This document shows positions 1-8,452 of a stretch of 34,546 nucleotides of DNA, in pieces (the first letter of the stretch is position 1; each line of letters starts with the position of its first letter). Source of the DNA: Elusimicrobia bacterium RIFOXYA12_FULL_57_11 (lineage in GTDB: Bacteria > Elusimicrobiota > Elusimicrobia > Elusimicrobiales > UBA9959); assembly GCA_001800275.1 (NCBI GenBank), contig MGVB01000117.1, positions 1 through 34,546 on the forward strand. The letters are read 5' to 3'. The notes beneath the pieces are model-generated. The model was not told the origin of the DNA and made no database searches. It saw only the letters and a list, made by a program, of their open reading frames with translations. The position numbers and the translations under genes are program-made.

Positions 1-136
1 CGGTTTCTTACTCAGCGAAACCGCCGAGGCGGGCCCGCGCAAAACCGCTATGCGGTTTATGCGCGGGGGAGGAGGAGTGAGGCCACGGTGTGGCCGAACG
101 CGTTTTGCGTTCCGGTACCCGCGTCCGGCTCCGTAC
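1..136. repeat. Palindromic intergenic element, family A copy 1 (probably cut by the window edge)
   Basis: 68-106 matches 25295-25333 at 36/39 nt. Hairpins at 1-23 and 34-68. The reverse complement of ~85-131 aligns with 25072-25128. Confidence 0.8.
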
Positions 137-188
137 CCCCGGGCAGACCGACAACGCATCGTGCGGACTATACTGTTGATTTTTTAAC

Positions 189-638
189 ATGAAAATACTT
201 TTTGTTTGCACCGGGAATACCTGCCGCAGCGTTCTGGCGCACTATTACGCCTCCTGGCTGGCGGCGGATGAGAAGCTGGCCCTGACCTTTTCCTCAGCCG
301 GCCTCGAAGCGCACAAGGATATCCCGCAACCCGCCATAGTAGCCGACCTGCTGGCGAAAGAAGGGGTCAAGGGTTTCAAGCATGTGCCGGTGCCGATGAC
401 CGGCAAACTGGTCAAGAGCTCGGACCTGATCCTGACAATGACCGCCGCACAAAAGGCCGGCCTCATAGCGCGCTACCCCCGCGCCGCGAAAAAAACCGCC
501 ACCCTGATAGAATACGCCGGCTTCGGCCGCGACGACATAGCCGACCCCTGGGGCCGCGACGACCTTTTTTACTTCAGCGTTTTTAAAATCATAAAGTCAG
601 CAGTAAAGGCAGCGCTGGAAAAGTTAAAAAAGAAGTAA
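189..638 (+). CDS. ywlE: Low molecular weight protein phosphatase, YwlE-type (likely protein-arginine phosphatase)
   Basis: P-loop CTGNTCRS (CX5R with Thr), DLILTM and DIADPWG acid loop; lies just upstream of glyA, as ywlE does in Bacillus. Confidence 0.8.
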   Translation: MKILFVCTGNTCRSVLAHYYASWLAADEKLALTFSSAGLEAHKDIPQPAIVADLLAKEGVKGFKHVPVPMTGKLVKSSDLILTMTAAQKAGLIARYPRAAKKTATLIEYAGFGRDDIADPWGRDDLFYFSVFKIIKSAVKAALEKLKKK

Positions 639-693
639 AATAATACCAGCGGGTGCCGTGAAGCTGATATAACAGTTTTTGGGCGGGCGCCAG

Positions 694-833
694 GCATTGT
701 CGGAGGGCCGCCCGGAGGGTTCCCCCGCAAACCCGTTGCAGAAGGGGGGCCCCGCCGTCAAAGTTAGGCGGGGGGAAACCACGTAAGGGTTTCCTCTTCC
801 GGGTTTGCGGGGGAACCCTCCGGGCGGCCCGAC
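694..833. repeat. Palindromic intergenic element, family B copy 1
   Basis: Perfect 31-bp inverted repeat 705-735 / 800-830 enclosing two small hairpins; core shared with 13844-13862. Confidence 0.85.
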
Positions 834-888
834 CGCGCATCCAGCGGCCTTTAACTTTTCATTCAGCAGCAACAAAAGGAGCACCACC

Positions 889-2139
889 ATGTACAACGAA
901 GTCCGCAAATACGACCCCCAGCTTTACGCGGCCATGCAGGGCGAAGTACTGCGCCAGCAGCAGAACCTCGAACTCATAGCCTCCGAAAACTACACCTCAA
1001 AAGCCGTGCTCGAAGCCCTCGGCAGCGTGCTCACCAATAAATATGCCGAAGGCTACCCCGGCAAGCGCTATTACGGCGGCTGCGAACACGTGGACGTAGC
1101 CGAAAAACTCGCCATCGACCGAGCCAAACAGCTCTTCGGCGCCGACCACGCCAATGTACAGCCCCATAGCGGCACACAGGCCAACATCGCCGCCTACCTC
1201 TCCCTCATCAACCCCGGCGACACCGTGATGGGCCTCAACCTCGATCACGGCGGCCACCTCAGCCACGGCCATCCCTTAAACTTCTCCGGCCGCTACTTCA
1301 AGATAATCAAGATGAACGTCAGCAAGGACACCGAGCTGCTGGACTACGACGAAATGGAAAAGCTCATAGAGAAAGAGCGTCCCAAGCTGATCATGGCCGG
1401 CGCCTCCAACTACTCCCGCCAGTGGGACTGGGCCCGCATCAAACGCGCCGCCGACGTCTGGAAATGCTTCCTGGTCACCGACATCGCCCATTACGCAGGC
1501 CTCATAGCCGCCGGCATCTATCCCTCGCCGGTAGAATATGCCGACATAGTGACCACCACCACCCACAAAACCCTGCGCGGCCCGCGCGGCGGTCTGATAC
1601 TCTCCAAGGCCTGCTACGCCAAGTCCGTGGACCGCACCAACTTCCCCGGCAACCAGGGCGGCCCCCTGATGCACGCCGTGGCGGCCAAGGCCGTCTGCTT
1701 CAAAGAAGCCCTGGAGCCTTCTTTCAAGACGTACCAGACCCAGGTACTCAACAATGCCCGCAAGCTGGCCGCCGAGATACAGGCCCGCGGCTACCGCATA
1801 GTGTCCGGCGGCACCGATTGCCACCTGATGAGCGTGGACCTGCGCCCAAAGAATGTTACAGGCAAAGAAGCCGAAATAGCCCTGGACAAAGCCGGGATAA
1901 CGGTCAACAAGAACATGATACCTTACGACCCCCAAAAAGCCATGGTCACCAGCGGCATACGCGTAGGCACGCCCGCCATAACCACCCGCGGCATGGTGGA
2001 GAAGGACATGGCCGTCATAGCCGGGCTGATGGATGAAGCCATCACCGCCCGGGCGGACGACAAGGCCCTCAAAGCGATAAAGGAACAGGTTAAGGCGCTG
2101 TGCGCCGGCTTCCCGATGTACCCGGGCTTCGAAAACTAA
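889..2139 (+). CDS. glyA: Serine hydroxymethyltransferase
   Basis: LELIASEN, NKYAEGYPGKRYYGG, TTTTHKTLRGPRGG (PLP lysine), GIRVGTPAITTRG; start set at ATG 889 behind AAGGAG. Confidence 0.98.
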   Translation: MYNEVRKYDPQLYAAMQGEVLRQQQNLELIASENYTSKAVLEALGSVLTNKYAEGYPGKRYYGGCEHVDVAEKLAIDRAKQLFGADHANVQPHSGTQANIAAYLSLINPGDTVMGLNLDHGGHLSHGHPLNFSGRYFKIIKMNVSKDTELLDYDEMEKLIEKERPKLIMAGASNYSRQWDWARIKRAADVWKCFLVTDIAHYAGLIAAGIYPSPVEYADIVTTTTHKTLRGPRGGLILSKACYAKSVDRTNFPGNQGGPLMHAVAAKAVCFKEALEPSFKTYQTQVLNNARKLAAEIQARGYRIVSGGTDCHLMSVDLRPKNVTGKEAEIALDKAGITVNKNMIPYDPQKAMVTSGIRVGTPAITTRGMVEKDMAVIAGLMDEAITARADDKALKAIKEQVKALCAGFPMYPGFEN

Positions 2140-2169
2140 AGCCTAAAGCACTAAACGCGCCGGTTAATA

Positions 2170-2317
2170 ATCAGCGCATGAAACCTGAGCGTGTATTGCC
2201 ACCGCATCATCGACGCGGCCGGCCGGGATCAACGGAGACGCGGACACCGGCAAGCCGCGCCCCAAGATGCCTGGCCAAGGCCTCCGTGCCGCCGTCCGCA
2301 TGCTTCCAGCCGCTGAT
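2170..2317. repeat. Degenerate palindromic element between convergent genes, possibly family A
   Basis: ATCAGCG...CGCTGAT outer ends; same internal order TCATC-N-GGC[hairpin]GCC-TCCG as the family A copies. Confidence 0.4.
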
Positions 2318-2319
2318 AG

Positions 2320-3306
2320 CTAATCACATACGCACTTATTGCGGACCTCAAGGCGCAGCCAGGGCGGCGAATTAGACAGGGAAAGCTGGCCGCGCTCTGA
2401 AAAAACAACAAGAGTGTGCGCCCTGTCACAGTATTTTAACAGTGACGGCAGGCAGGCTACGCATCCCCTGATTATTTCGCACTTGGCAGGATTCAAGCTA
2501 TATTTAGCCAGAAAAACCGGAAATCGGCCTGGGTACTTATCCGCAATCGCCTTAAAAAAACCTGCCCTATACCTGCGATTCTCTTTGTCGTTAATGCGCC
2601 ATGGAGAGAAAAAGAAAGTATCCTGCTCCGGTTCGAATTGCGGATCCTTCACTACAGATTCACAATCGGCCAGATAGACCCCTTTTCCTGAAAGGTTCAT
2701 CATCCCGAACATATTCACCAGCGCATCAAACGAGGAAATACCCGGCAACACCTGAACTTCAGCCAAAGACGAAATATCGCGCAGGATGCCCTCTACATGT
2801 GGATTGAGGAACAATGGATTACCGTAAATCAGCAATCCGACGTTGTCATGCCGTACAAATGCCCTGCGTATGTTCCTGGAAAGGCTTTGAAATCTGCACC
2901 TCACGAGCGGAATACTCAGCTTAAAGACTCCCCTGGCGGCAATTGCATCCAGACAGCAGGAATACACTGCGCCGCACGACCGCATGGCGTCAACAGACTC
3001 GCAAGTCATCTGGGCAGGCGGGCCAAATCCGCAGGAGACAACAGAAAGCTTCTTCTTTGCCTTGGAAGCCTGCGCCTTGCGGCCACAGCCCTCACTACGG
3101 CGCGCACTGAGGTTCAATTCGGCCAAAGTGGCGGCATAAAGTTGCGCAAAATGTGCCACGTCAGGCTGTATTTTTTTGGCCCGCCCGAGAAGGCGGACCG
3201 CGGCCTTCAGGTCGCCCTTTGCGATTTCCTGTTGAGCCCGCCGTCTTAACCGATCCGCCAGGAAGAGCGATCCGCCAGGTTTGTCTTTTTTTCCGGAATC
3301 TTTCAT
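2320..3306 (-). CDS. Tetrapyrrole-methylase-fold SAM-dependent methyltransferase (borosin NMT-like) with an N-terminal TPR-like helical segment
   Basis: LSVVSCGFGPPAQMT, LLIYGNPLF and VQVLPGISSFDAL motifs; ATG at 3306 behind GGGGGA; visibly more AT-rich than flanking genes. Confidence 0.75.
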   Translation of the reverse strand: MKDSGKKDKPGGSLFLADRLRRRAQQEIAKGDLKAAVRLLGRAKKIQPDVAHFAQLYAATLAELNLSARRSEGCGRKAQASKAKKKLSVVSCGFGPPAQMTCESVDAMRSCGAVYSCCLDAIAARGVFKLSIPLVRCRFQSLSRNIRRAFVRHDNVGLLIYGNPLFLNPHVEGILRDISSLAEVQVLPGISSFDALVNMFGMMNLSGKGVYLADCESVVKDPQFEPEQDTFFFSPWRINDKENRRYRAGFFKAIADKYPGRFPVFLAKYSLNPAKCEIIRGCVACLPSLLKYCDRAHTLVVFSERGQLSLSNSPPWLRLEVRNKCVCD

Positions 3307-3687
3307 GCTATTTATCCCCCCTGCAGAAGACACCTGCGCAATTGTCACAAGCATTTTCGAGGAATAACACTTACACGACTGGCCCCTTACTGGGGTTATC
3401 AGGCGAACAATGGTTATGATAACAAAAATATGCCCACACTGATGCCGGCAACCTGATCATGGAAAATGTAAAGATCCGCCAAATATCGCAGTGTAATTGC
3501 GCATCATGGTTGCCCGGCTTTTTTATTAAAGACCCGCCCAAAAGACTTACGAACCCGTTAGATAGCTGTTTTATTGAGGATTAATTGGACCCATTTATTT
3601 ATATAATACATATAGTTACCGAATCAAAAGCGGTCAGTACTGGCCGGCTTCTGTGTTTGACACCTTAGCGGACTGGAGATTTATACG

Positions 3688-4548
3688 ATGGCTATCAAGA
3701 AACTGGCTGAAATAGGGGTTATCGGCGGCACGGGCCTCTACGCGATGGAGGAACTCAAGAAAGTTCGCGAGATAAAGGTAAAAACGCCTTTCGGCAACCC
3801 ATCAGACGCCATTATATTGGGCAAACTCTCCGGCATACCGGTGGCCTTCCTCCCCCGCCACGGCCGCAAGCACGCAATGCTCCCCGGAGAAATCAACCAG
3901 CGCGCCAATATGTGGGCTCTCAAATCCATAGGGGTAAAGACAATAATCTCCGCCAGCGCGGTCGGCTCCCTCAAAGAGGAACTCGCCCCCACCCATTTCG
4001 TATTCCCGGACCAGTTCGTAGACCAGACCAAGGGCCGGCCCTCCACCTTCTTCGGCAACGGGATAGTGGGCCATGTCCCCCTGGCCGAACCGTTCTGCAT
4101 GGCCATTTCGGACATGATGTATAAAGAGGCCGTGAAACTGGGCATCAGGGCCCACAAAGGCGGCACCTACTGCTGCATGGAAGGCCCCGGCTTCTCCACC
4201 AAGGCAGAATCCAATTTCCACCGCAAGATGGGCTACTCCATAATAGGCATGACCATGGCCACCGAAGCCAAGCTCGCCCGCGAGGCCGGCTTCCATTACG
4301 CCCCGGTCTCCCTGGTGACCGACTACGATTGCTGGAAAGAAGGCGAAGAAGTGGACCAGCACCAGGTCTCCAAAACCATGCAGGCCAACATAGAGAACAT
4401 CCGCCGCCTGCTGCTTAAAATCATACCACTGGCCGCCGGCGCGGGTTGCCGCAACCACTGTCCCTCGTTTATAAAAGGCGCGCTGCTCACCCATAAGGAA
4501 AATTTTCCCGCCAAGACCTACGCAAAGATTAAACTTATACTGGGATAA
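3688..4548 (+). CDS. mtnP: S-methyl-5'-thioadenosine phosphorylase
   Basis: IGVIGGTG, FLPRHG, AVGSL, EGPGFSTKAES, IGMT..EAKLARE, VTDYDCW. Confidence 0.93.
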   Translation: MAIKKLAEIGVIGGTGLYAMEELKKVREIKVKTPFGNPSDAIILGKLSGIPVAFLPRHGRKHAMLPGEINQRANMWALKSIGVKTIISASAVGSLKEELAPTHFVFPDQFVDQTKGRPSTFFGNGIVGHVPLAEPFCMAISDMMYKEAVKLGIRAHKGGTYCCMEGPGFSTKAESNFHRKMGYSIIGMTMATEAKLAREAGFHYAPVSLVTDYDCWKEGEEVDQHQVSKTMQANIENIRRLLLKIIPLAAGAGCRNHCPSFIKGALLTHKENFPAKTYAKIKLILG

Positions 4549-4567
4549 CAGGAGCAGGAGCGAAACT

Positions 4568-5023
4568 ATGGCAAAAAAACCCGCCCACAAACGAAAAGCG
4601 CGGACCAGCGGAAAGTCCTCCATCCGCACGCGTCTGATAGAAGCGGCCAAGGCGGCGCAGAAGAACGCCTACTGCCCGTACTCCCGCTACCCGGTGGGCG
4701 CGGCCGTGATAACCGACTCCGGGCGCGTCTTCACCGGCTGCAATGTGGAAAACGCCTCCTTCGGCCTTGCCATCTGCGCCGAAAGGGTGGCTATTTTCAA
4801 GGCCGTAAGCCACGGGGAAAAAGCCATACGGGCGCTATGCGTGGCGGCCAAATCCGCCAAGCCCTGCGGGGCCTGCCGCCAGGTCATAATCGAGTTCGCC
4901 CCAAAAGACGCGGAAATAATCTATGTGGACTGGAACCCCATGGCCAAAAAGCACAAAGTTACTTTCACAAAAGCCGGCAAGCTGCTGCCCCAGGCCTTCA
5001 ACCCCTCGGAAGCGGGGCTGTAG
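4568..5023 (+). CDS. cdd: Cytidine deaminase (tetrameric type)
   Basis: AYCPYSRYPVGAA, GCNVENAS, ICAERVA and PCGACRQ zinc motifs. Confidence 0.95.
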   Translation: MAKKPAHKRKARTSGKSSIRTRLIEAAKAAQKNAYCPYSRYPVGAAVITDSGRVFTGCNVENASFGLAICAERVAIFKAVSHGEKAIRALCVAAKSAKPCGACRQVIIEFAPKDAEIIYVDWNPMAKKHKVTFTKAGKLLPQAFNPSEAGL

Positions 5024-5062
5024 CGCCAGGCGCACCGCAATTTTTAACGGAGGCAACACACT

Positions 5063-5440
5063 ATGGACGTAAAAAAACTCAGCAAACTGACAAAATGGAT
5101 GGAAACCACGGACCTGGAAGAAATAACCTGGCGCAGCGGGGAAGACAAGATCAGCCTCAAACTCAACAACAATCCCGAGCACACCACCACCATCTCTTCC
5201 ACCCTGGAGCCGGTACTGGCGCCTTCCATAGGCATATTCCGCTTCGCCCGCCCCGGAAAAACCAACCACCTGAAGGAAGGCGCCTCCGTAAAAAGGGGCC
5301 AGGAACTGGGCGTAGTGGAAGTCGGCAAAGACTTTAAAAGCGTAACGGCTCCCGAAAACGGCCTTCTTAAAATAATCTCTATAGAGGACGGCAAGCCGGT
5401 TGAATACGGTCAGCCGATGTTCTTTTTGGAGCCCAAATAA
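5063..5440 (+). CDS. accB: Biotin carboxyl carrier protein-like, with non-canonical biotinylation site
   Basis: BCCP-type N-terminus and C-terminal ..GKPVEYGQPMF; EVGKD replaces EAMKM; upstream of accC. Confidence 0.7.
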   Translation: MDVKKLSKLTKWMETTDLEEITWRSGEDKISLKLNNNPEHTTTISSTLEPVLAPSIGIFRFARPGKTNHLKEGASVKRGQELGVVEVGKDFKSVTAPENGLLKIISIEDGKPVEYGQPMFFLEPK

Positions 5441-5452
5441 CCGGCCAAGTTA

Positions 5453-7066
5453 ATGACGGAAAATAAATCGGTCATAAGGTGCCCCAAATGCGGCCACGAA
5501 CCCAGGCTTGTAAGCGGCACTTGCGAGAAATGCGGAGCCGTCCTTGAAAAGCAGTGCGGCAGCTGCGGCTTTTCCAATTCCGTTGAAAAGAACTACTGCG
5601 ACCAGTGCGGGACGGCGCTTGCTCTCATCACGCAGAGAACTCCGGGTAAACCACCCCCGCCATCTAAAGAAATCCCTCAACTGGAGATACAGGGCATCCA
5701 GGATACAATAAACGAAAGGGACCACTCCTTCCGGCAGCGCCAGCACCCGGACGAACCGGCGCCGCCCCCCGCCCCGGCGGCGCAGCCGCCGGCCGCGGAA
5801 AAGCCGCTTACGCGCCCCGGCCCGCAGCAGGAACCCGCTCCCCCACCAGCCGCTGCGTCAGGCATAAAAAAAATAACCGGCCCCCTGGTCGGCCTCAGCC
5901 TGCTGGCGGCAGTGGCTGTAATAATTTACATGGTGGTGATCCCGTTTTTACCGCGCCTGCGCCTAACCATGACGGCCAAAGAGTACCTGACCGACCTGTC
6001 CCAGGGCAAGTACGAGAAAGCCTACGGCCTGCTCTCCACGAATTCAAAAGCGGCCTGTACCCTTGAAGACTACATCACATACAACGAAGAATACTACGAG
6101 AAGGTTCCCGCATGGCAGTTTCGCAACGCCCAGGTCTTCACCATGACCAAAACTGCGGCCATGATACGCTACGAGCTTAAAGAAGCCGGCGGCGCCTGGA
6201 AAACCGACTATCTCTCTTTCGTCCTGGAGCACGGCCGCTGGACCCGCCCCTATATCTGGATGCTGTTCCAGCCTATAGACGAAGCCATGGCCCGCAGGGA
6301 TTTCGTACAGGCGCTGTTCCTGTCCCAGAAGCTGTACCTTACCGACCCCATAGACCCGCGCGCTTCAGCCTACCTCTGCTCTTCTGAATTTTTCATGGGC
6401 CTTTACGAAAAAGCAGCGGAATCCTGCAGCCGCACAATAACCGCCGCCGCCGCCTACCCGGTAGGCTACACCAGCAGCGAACTTTACTGGTTCAACCTGT
6501 ACTACGCCGACAGCCTCCGGTATCTGGAACGCAACCGGGCGGCCCTGGAAGAATACGAGAAAATGCTTAAACTACCGAATCTGACCGTGGAGGAGCAGTG
6601 CCCCCTCTTCCTTAACCGGGCCGACGTCTACGTGAACATCAAGGATTATGAAAAAGGCCTTGCCGACATAATGCGGGCCGAGACGGCCTGCACCCAGAGC
6701 CCTTCCAAAGAAGATACCGCCAAGCGCCTGGCCTACATGGGCGGCGGCGCCGCGGAAGAAGCCATCAATTTCGCGAAGAACTCCAGGCTGGGCCAGGGCG
6801 CGCAGACCGTCAGCGGAGCCCGAAGGAAACAGCTGGAAGAACTAGCGGCCAGGCTCGGCAAAAAAAACGCGCGGCTCCTGCCCAAAGACCAGTGGCTGGC
6901 CATACACCTGGCTGGGCCGGAATACCGCGTTTTCCTGCGTCAGGAAGCCTTGAACCCGGTTTCCAGAAAGAAGGAAACCACGGATATTTTTATTTTTTTC
7001 GTCAACCTTTGGACCCGGCAGGGAAAAGTTGAAACGGCCCCCGCCGGCTATGCCGGGCCGCAGTAA
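5453..7066 (+). CDS. Double zinc-ribbon, Pro-rich linker, single TM, TPR-containing membrane protein
   Basis: CPKC/CEKC/CGSC/CDQC, Pro/Ala-rich linker, hydrophobic LVGLSLLAAVAVIIYMVVIPFL, TPR-like helical repeats. Confidence 0.8.
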   Translation: MTENKSVIRCPKCGHEPRLVSGTCEKCGAVLEKQCGSCGFSNSVEKNYCDQCGTALALITQRTPGKPPPPSKEIPQLEIQGIQDTINERDHSFRQRQHPDEPAPPPAPAAQPPAAEKPLTRPGPQQEPAPPPAAASGIKKITGPLVGLSLLAAVAVIIYMVVIPFLPRLRLTMTAKEYLTDLSQGKYEKAYGLLSTNSKAACTLEDYITYNEEYYEKVPAWQFRNAQVFTMTKTAAMIRYELKEAGGAWKTDYLSFVLEHGRWTRPYIWMLFQPIDEAMARRDFVQALFLSQKLYLTDPIDPRASAYLCSSEFFMGLYEKAAESCSRTITAAAAYPVGYTSSELYWFNLYYADSLRYLERNRAALEEYEKMLKLPNLTVEEQCPLFLNRADVYVNIKDYEKGLADIMRAETACTQSPSKEDTAKRLAYMGGGAAEEAINFAKNSRLGQGAQTVSGARRKQLEELAARLGKKNARLLPKDQWLAIHLAGPEYRVFLRQEALNPVSRKKETTDIFIFFVNLWTRQGKVETAPAGYAGPQ

Positions 7067-7093
7067 CCGCACTGCATACCTTACGGAGGATCT

Positions 7094-8452
7094 ATGTTCA
7101 AGAAAGTTCTTATCGCCAACCGCGGCGAAATAGCCATCCGCATAATCAGGACCCTCAGGGAGATGAATATCGGTTCCGTCTCCGTCTATTCGCAGGCGGA
7201 CCACTCCTCCCTGCATGTGCGCCTGGCCGACGAGTCCGTCTGCATAGGCCCCGCCATGGCCCGCGAAAGCTACCTGAGCATCCCGGCCATCATTGCCGCG
7301 GCTAAAATAACAGGCGCCGATGCCATCCACCCGGGCTACGGCTTCCTTTCGGAAAACGCGGACTTCTCCGCCGCCTGCCGCGACAACGGCATAACTTTCA
7401 TCGGCCCTTCCCCCAAATCTATCCAGCAGCTGGGGCATAAAGCCGAAGCCCGCAAGATGGCGGTAAAAGCCGGCATACCGGTAACCCCCGGAACAAAGGA
7501 TTGCGTATATAAGGACGCCGCCGCCCAGGCGGCAAAGATAGGCTACCCCATAATGATCAAGGCCGCGGCCGGCGGCGGCGGCAAGGGCATACGCATAGTG
7601 CGCGCGGCCGGCCAGCTGGCCAACGAGATGAACATAGCCCAAAGCGAGTCCAAGGCCGCGTTCGGCAACGGCGACGTTTATTTTGAGAAGTACATCGAAC
7701 TGCCCCGCCACATAGAAGTACAGTTCGCGCGCGACTCGCACGGCAACGTTATAGCCTTCCCCGAGCGCGACTGCTCCATACAGCGCCGCCACCAGAAGCT
7801 GGTGGAGGAGTCCCCCTCCCCGGCCGTAGACAAAAAATTGCGCGCCAGCCTGGAAGAGGCCGCCGTAAAACTGGCCGAAGCCGCCAATTACGTGGGCGTG
7901 GGTACGGTGGAGTTCCTGCTTACCCAGACAGGGGAATTCTACTTCATGGAGGTTAACACCCGCCTGCAGGTGGAGCACCCCGTAACGGAATACATAACCG
8001 GTTTTGACCTGGTGAAAGAGCAGTTCCTGGCCGCGGCCGGGGAAAAGCTCTCCTACACCGGCGGGCACACTGTCCCGCACCAGGGCCACTGCATAGAGCA
8101 CCGCATCAACGCGGAAGATTTTACACGCAATTTCGCGCCCAGCGTGGGCAGGGTGGAGGAATGGATACTGCCGGGCGGGCCCGGCATACGCATAGATACC
8201 CACGTATACTCAGGCTACAACCTGCCGGTGTACTACGACAGCATGCTGGCCAAGCTCATCGTCTGGGGCCCCGACCGCGCCTCTGCCGTGGCCAGGAGCC
8301 GGCGCGCGCTTGAAGATTTCAAGGTAAAAGGCATCAAAACCACCATAGAAGCGCACAAACTTATAGTGGAAAGTGCGGGTTTCCAGGCCGGCAAGACCGA
8401 TACCGGTTTCATGGAAAGACTGCTGGCGCCGGCCGAGCCCGTAAAGGCATGA
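7094..8452 (+). CDS. accC: Acetyl-CoA carboxylase biotin carboxylase subunit
   Basis: KVLIANRGEIA, HPGYGFLSEN, GGGGKG, ERDCSIQRRHQK, EVNTRLQVEHPVTE, YYDSMLAK. Confidence 0.97.
   Translation: MFKKVLIANRGEIAIRIIRTLREMNIGSVSVYSQADHSSLHVRLADESVCIGPAMARESYLSIPAIIAAAKITGADAIHPGYGFLSENADFSAACRDNGITFIGPSPKSIQQLGHKAEARKMAVKAGIPVTPGTKDCVYKDAAAQAAKIGYPIMIKAAAGGGGKGIRIVRAAGQLANEMNIAQSESKAAFGNGDVYFEKYIELPRHIEVQFARDSHGNVIAFPERDCSIQRRHQKLVEESPSPAVDKKLRASLEEAAVKLAEAANYVGVGTVEFLLTQTGEFYFMEVNTRLQVEHPVTEYITGFDLVKEQFLAAAGEKLSYTGGHTVPHQGHCIEHRINAEDFTRNFAPSVGRVEEWILPGGPGIRIDTHVYSGYNLPVYYDSMLAKLIVWGPDRASAVARSRRALEDFKVKGIKTTIEAHKLIVESAGFQAGKTDTGFMERLLAPAEPVKA

Noticed and set aside
8-211. ORF 8..211(-) and 24701..25432(-) sharing the peptide KTRSATPWP.SSS
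   Set aside because: The similarity comes from translating the family A DNA repeat; no evidence of a protein family
740-833. ZTP (pfl) or glycine riboswitch upstream of glyA, prompted by GGGAAACCAC
   Set aside because: The other conserved riboswitch elements are not recognisable, the segment is enclosed in a 31-bp perfect inverted repeat, and a related element occurs at 13.8 kb away from one-carbon genes
3307-3687. Borosin precursor or other small ORF upstream of the methyltransferase
   Set aside because: Only 16- and 29-codon minus-strand ORFs without a clear RBS or precursor-like composition
6842-8203. Long antisense ORFs (also 9203..10099, 17746..18810, 26281..27087, 27127..28050, 28162..29778)
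   Set aside because: Shadow frames opposite well-supported genes, expected from GC-rich codon bias; no recognisable motifs
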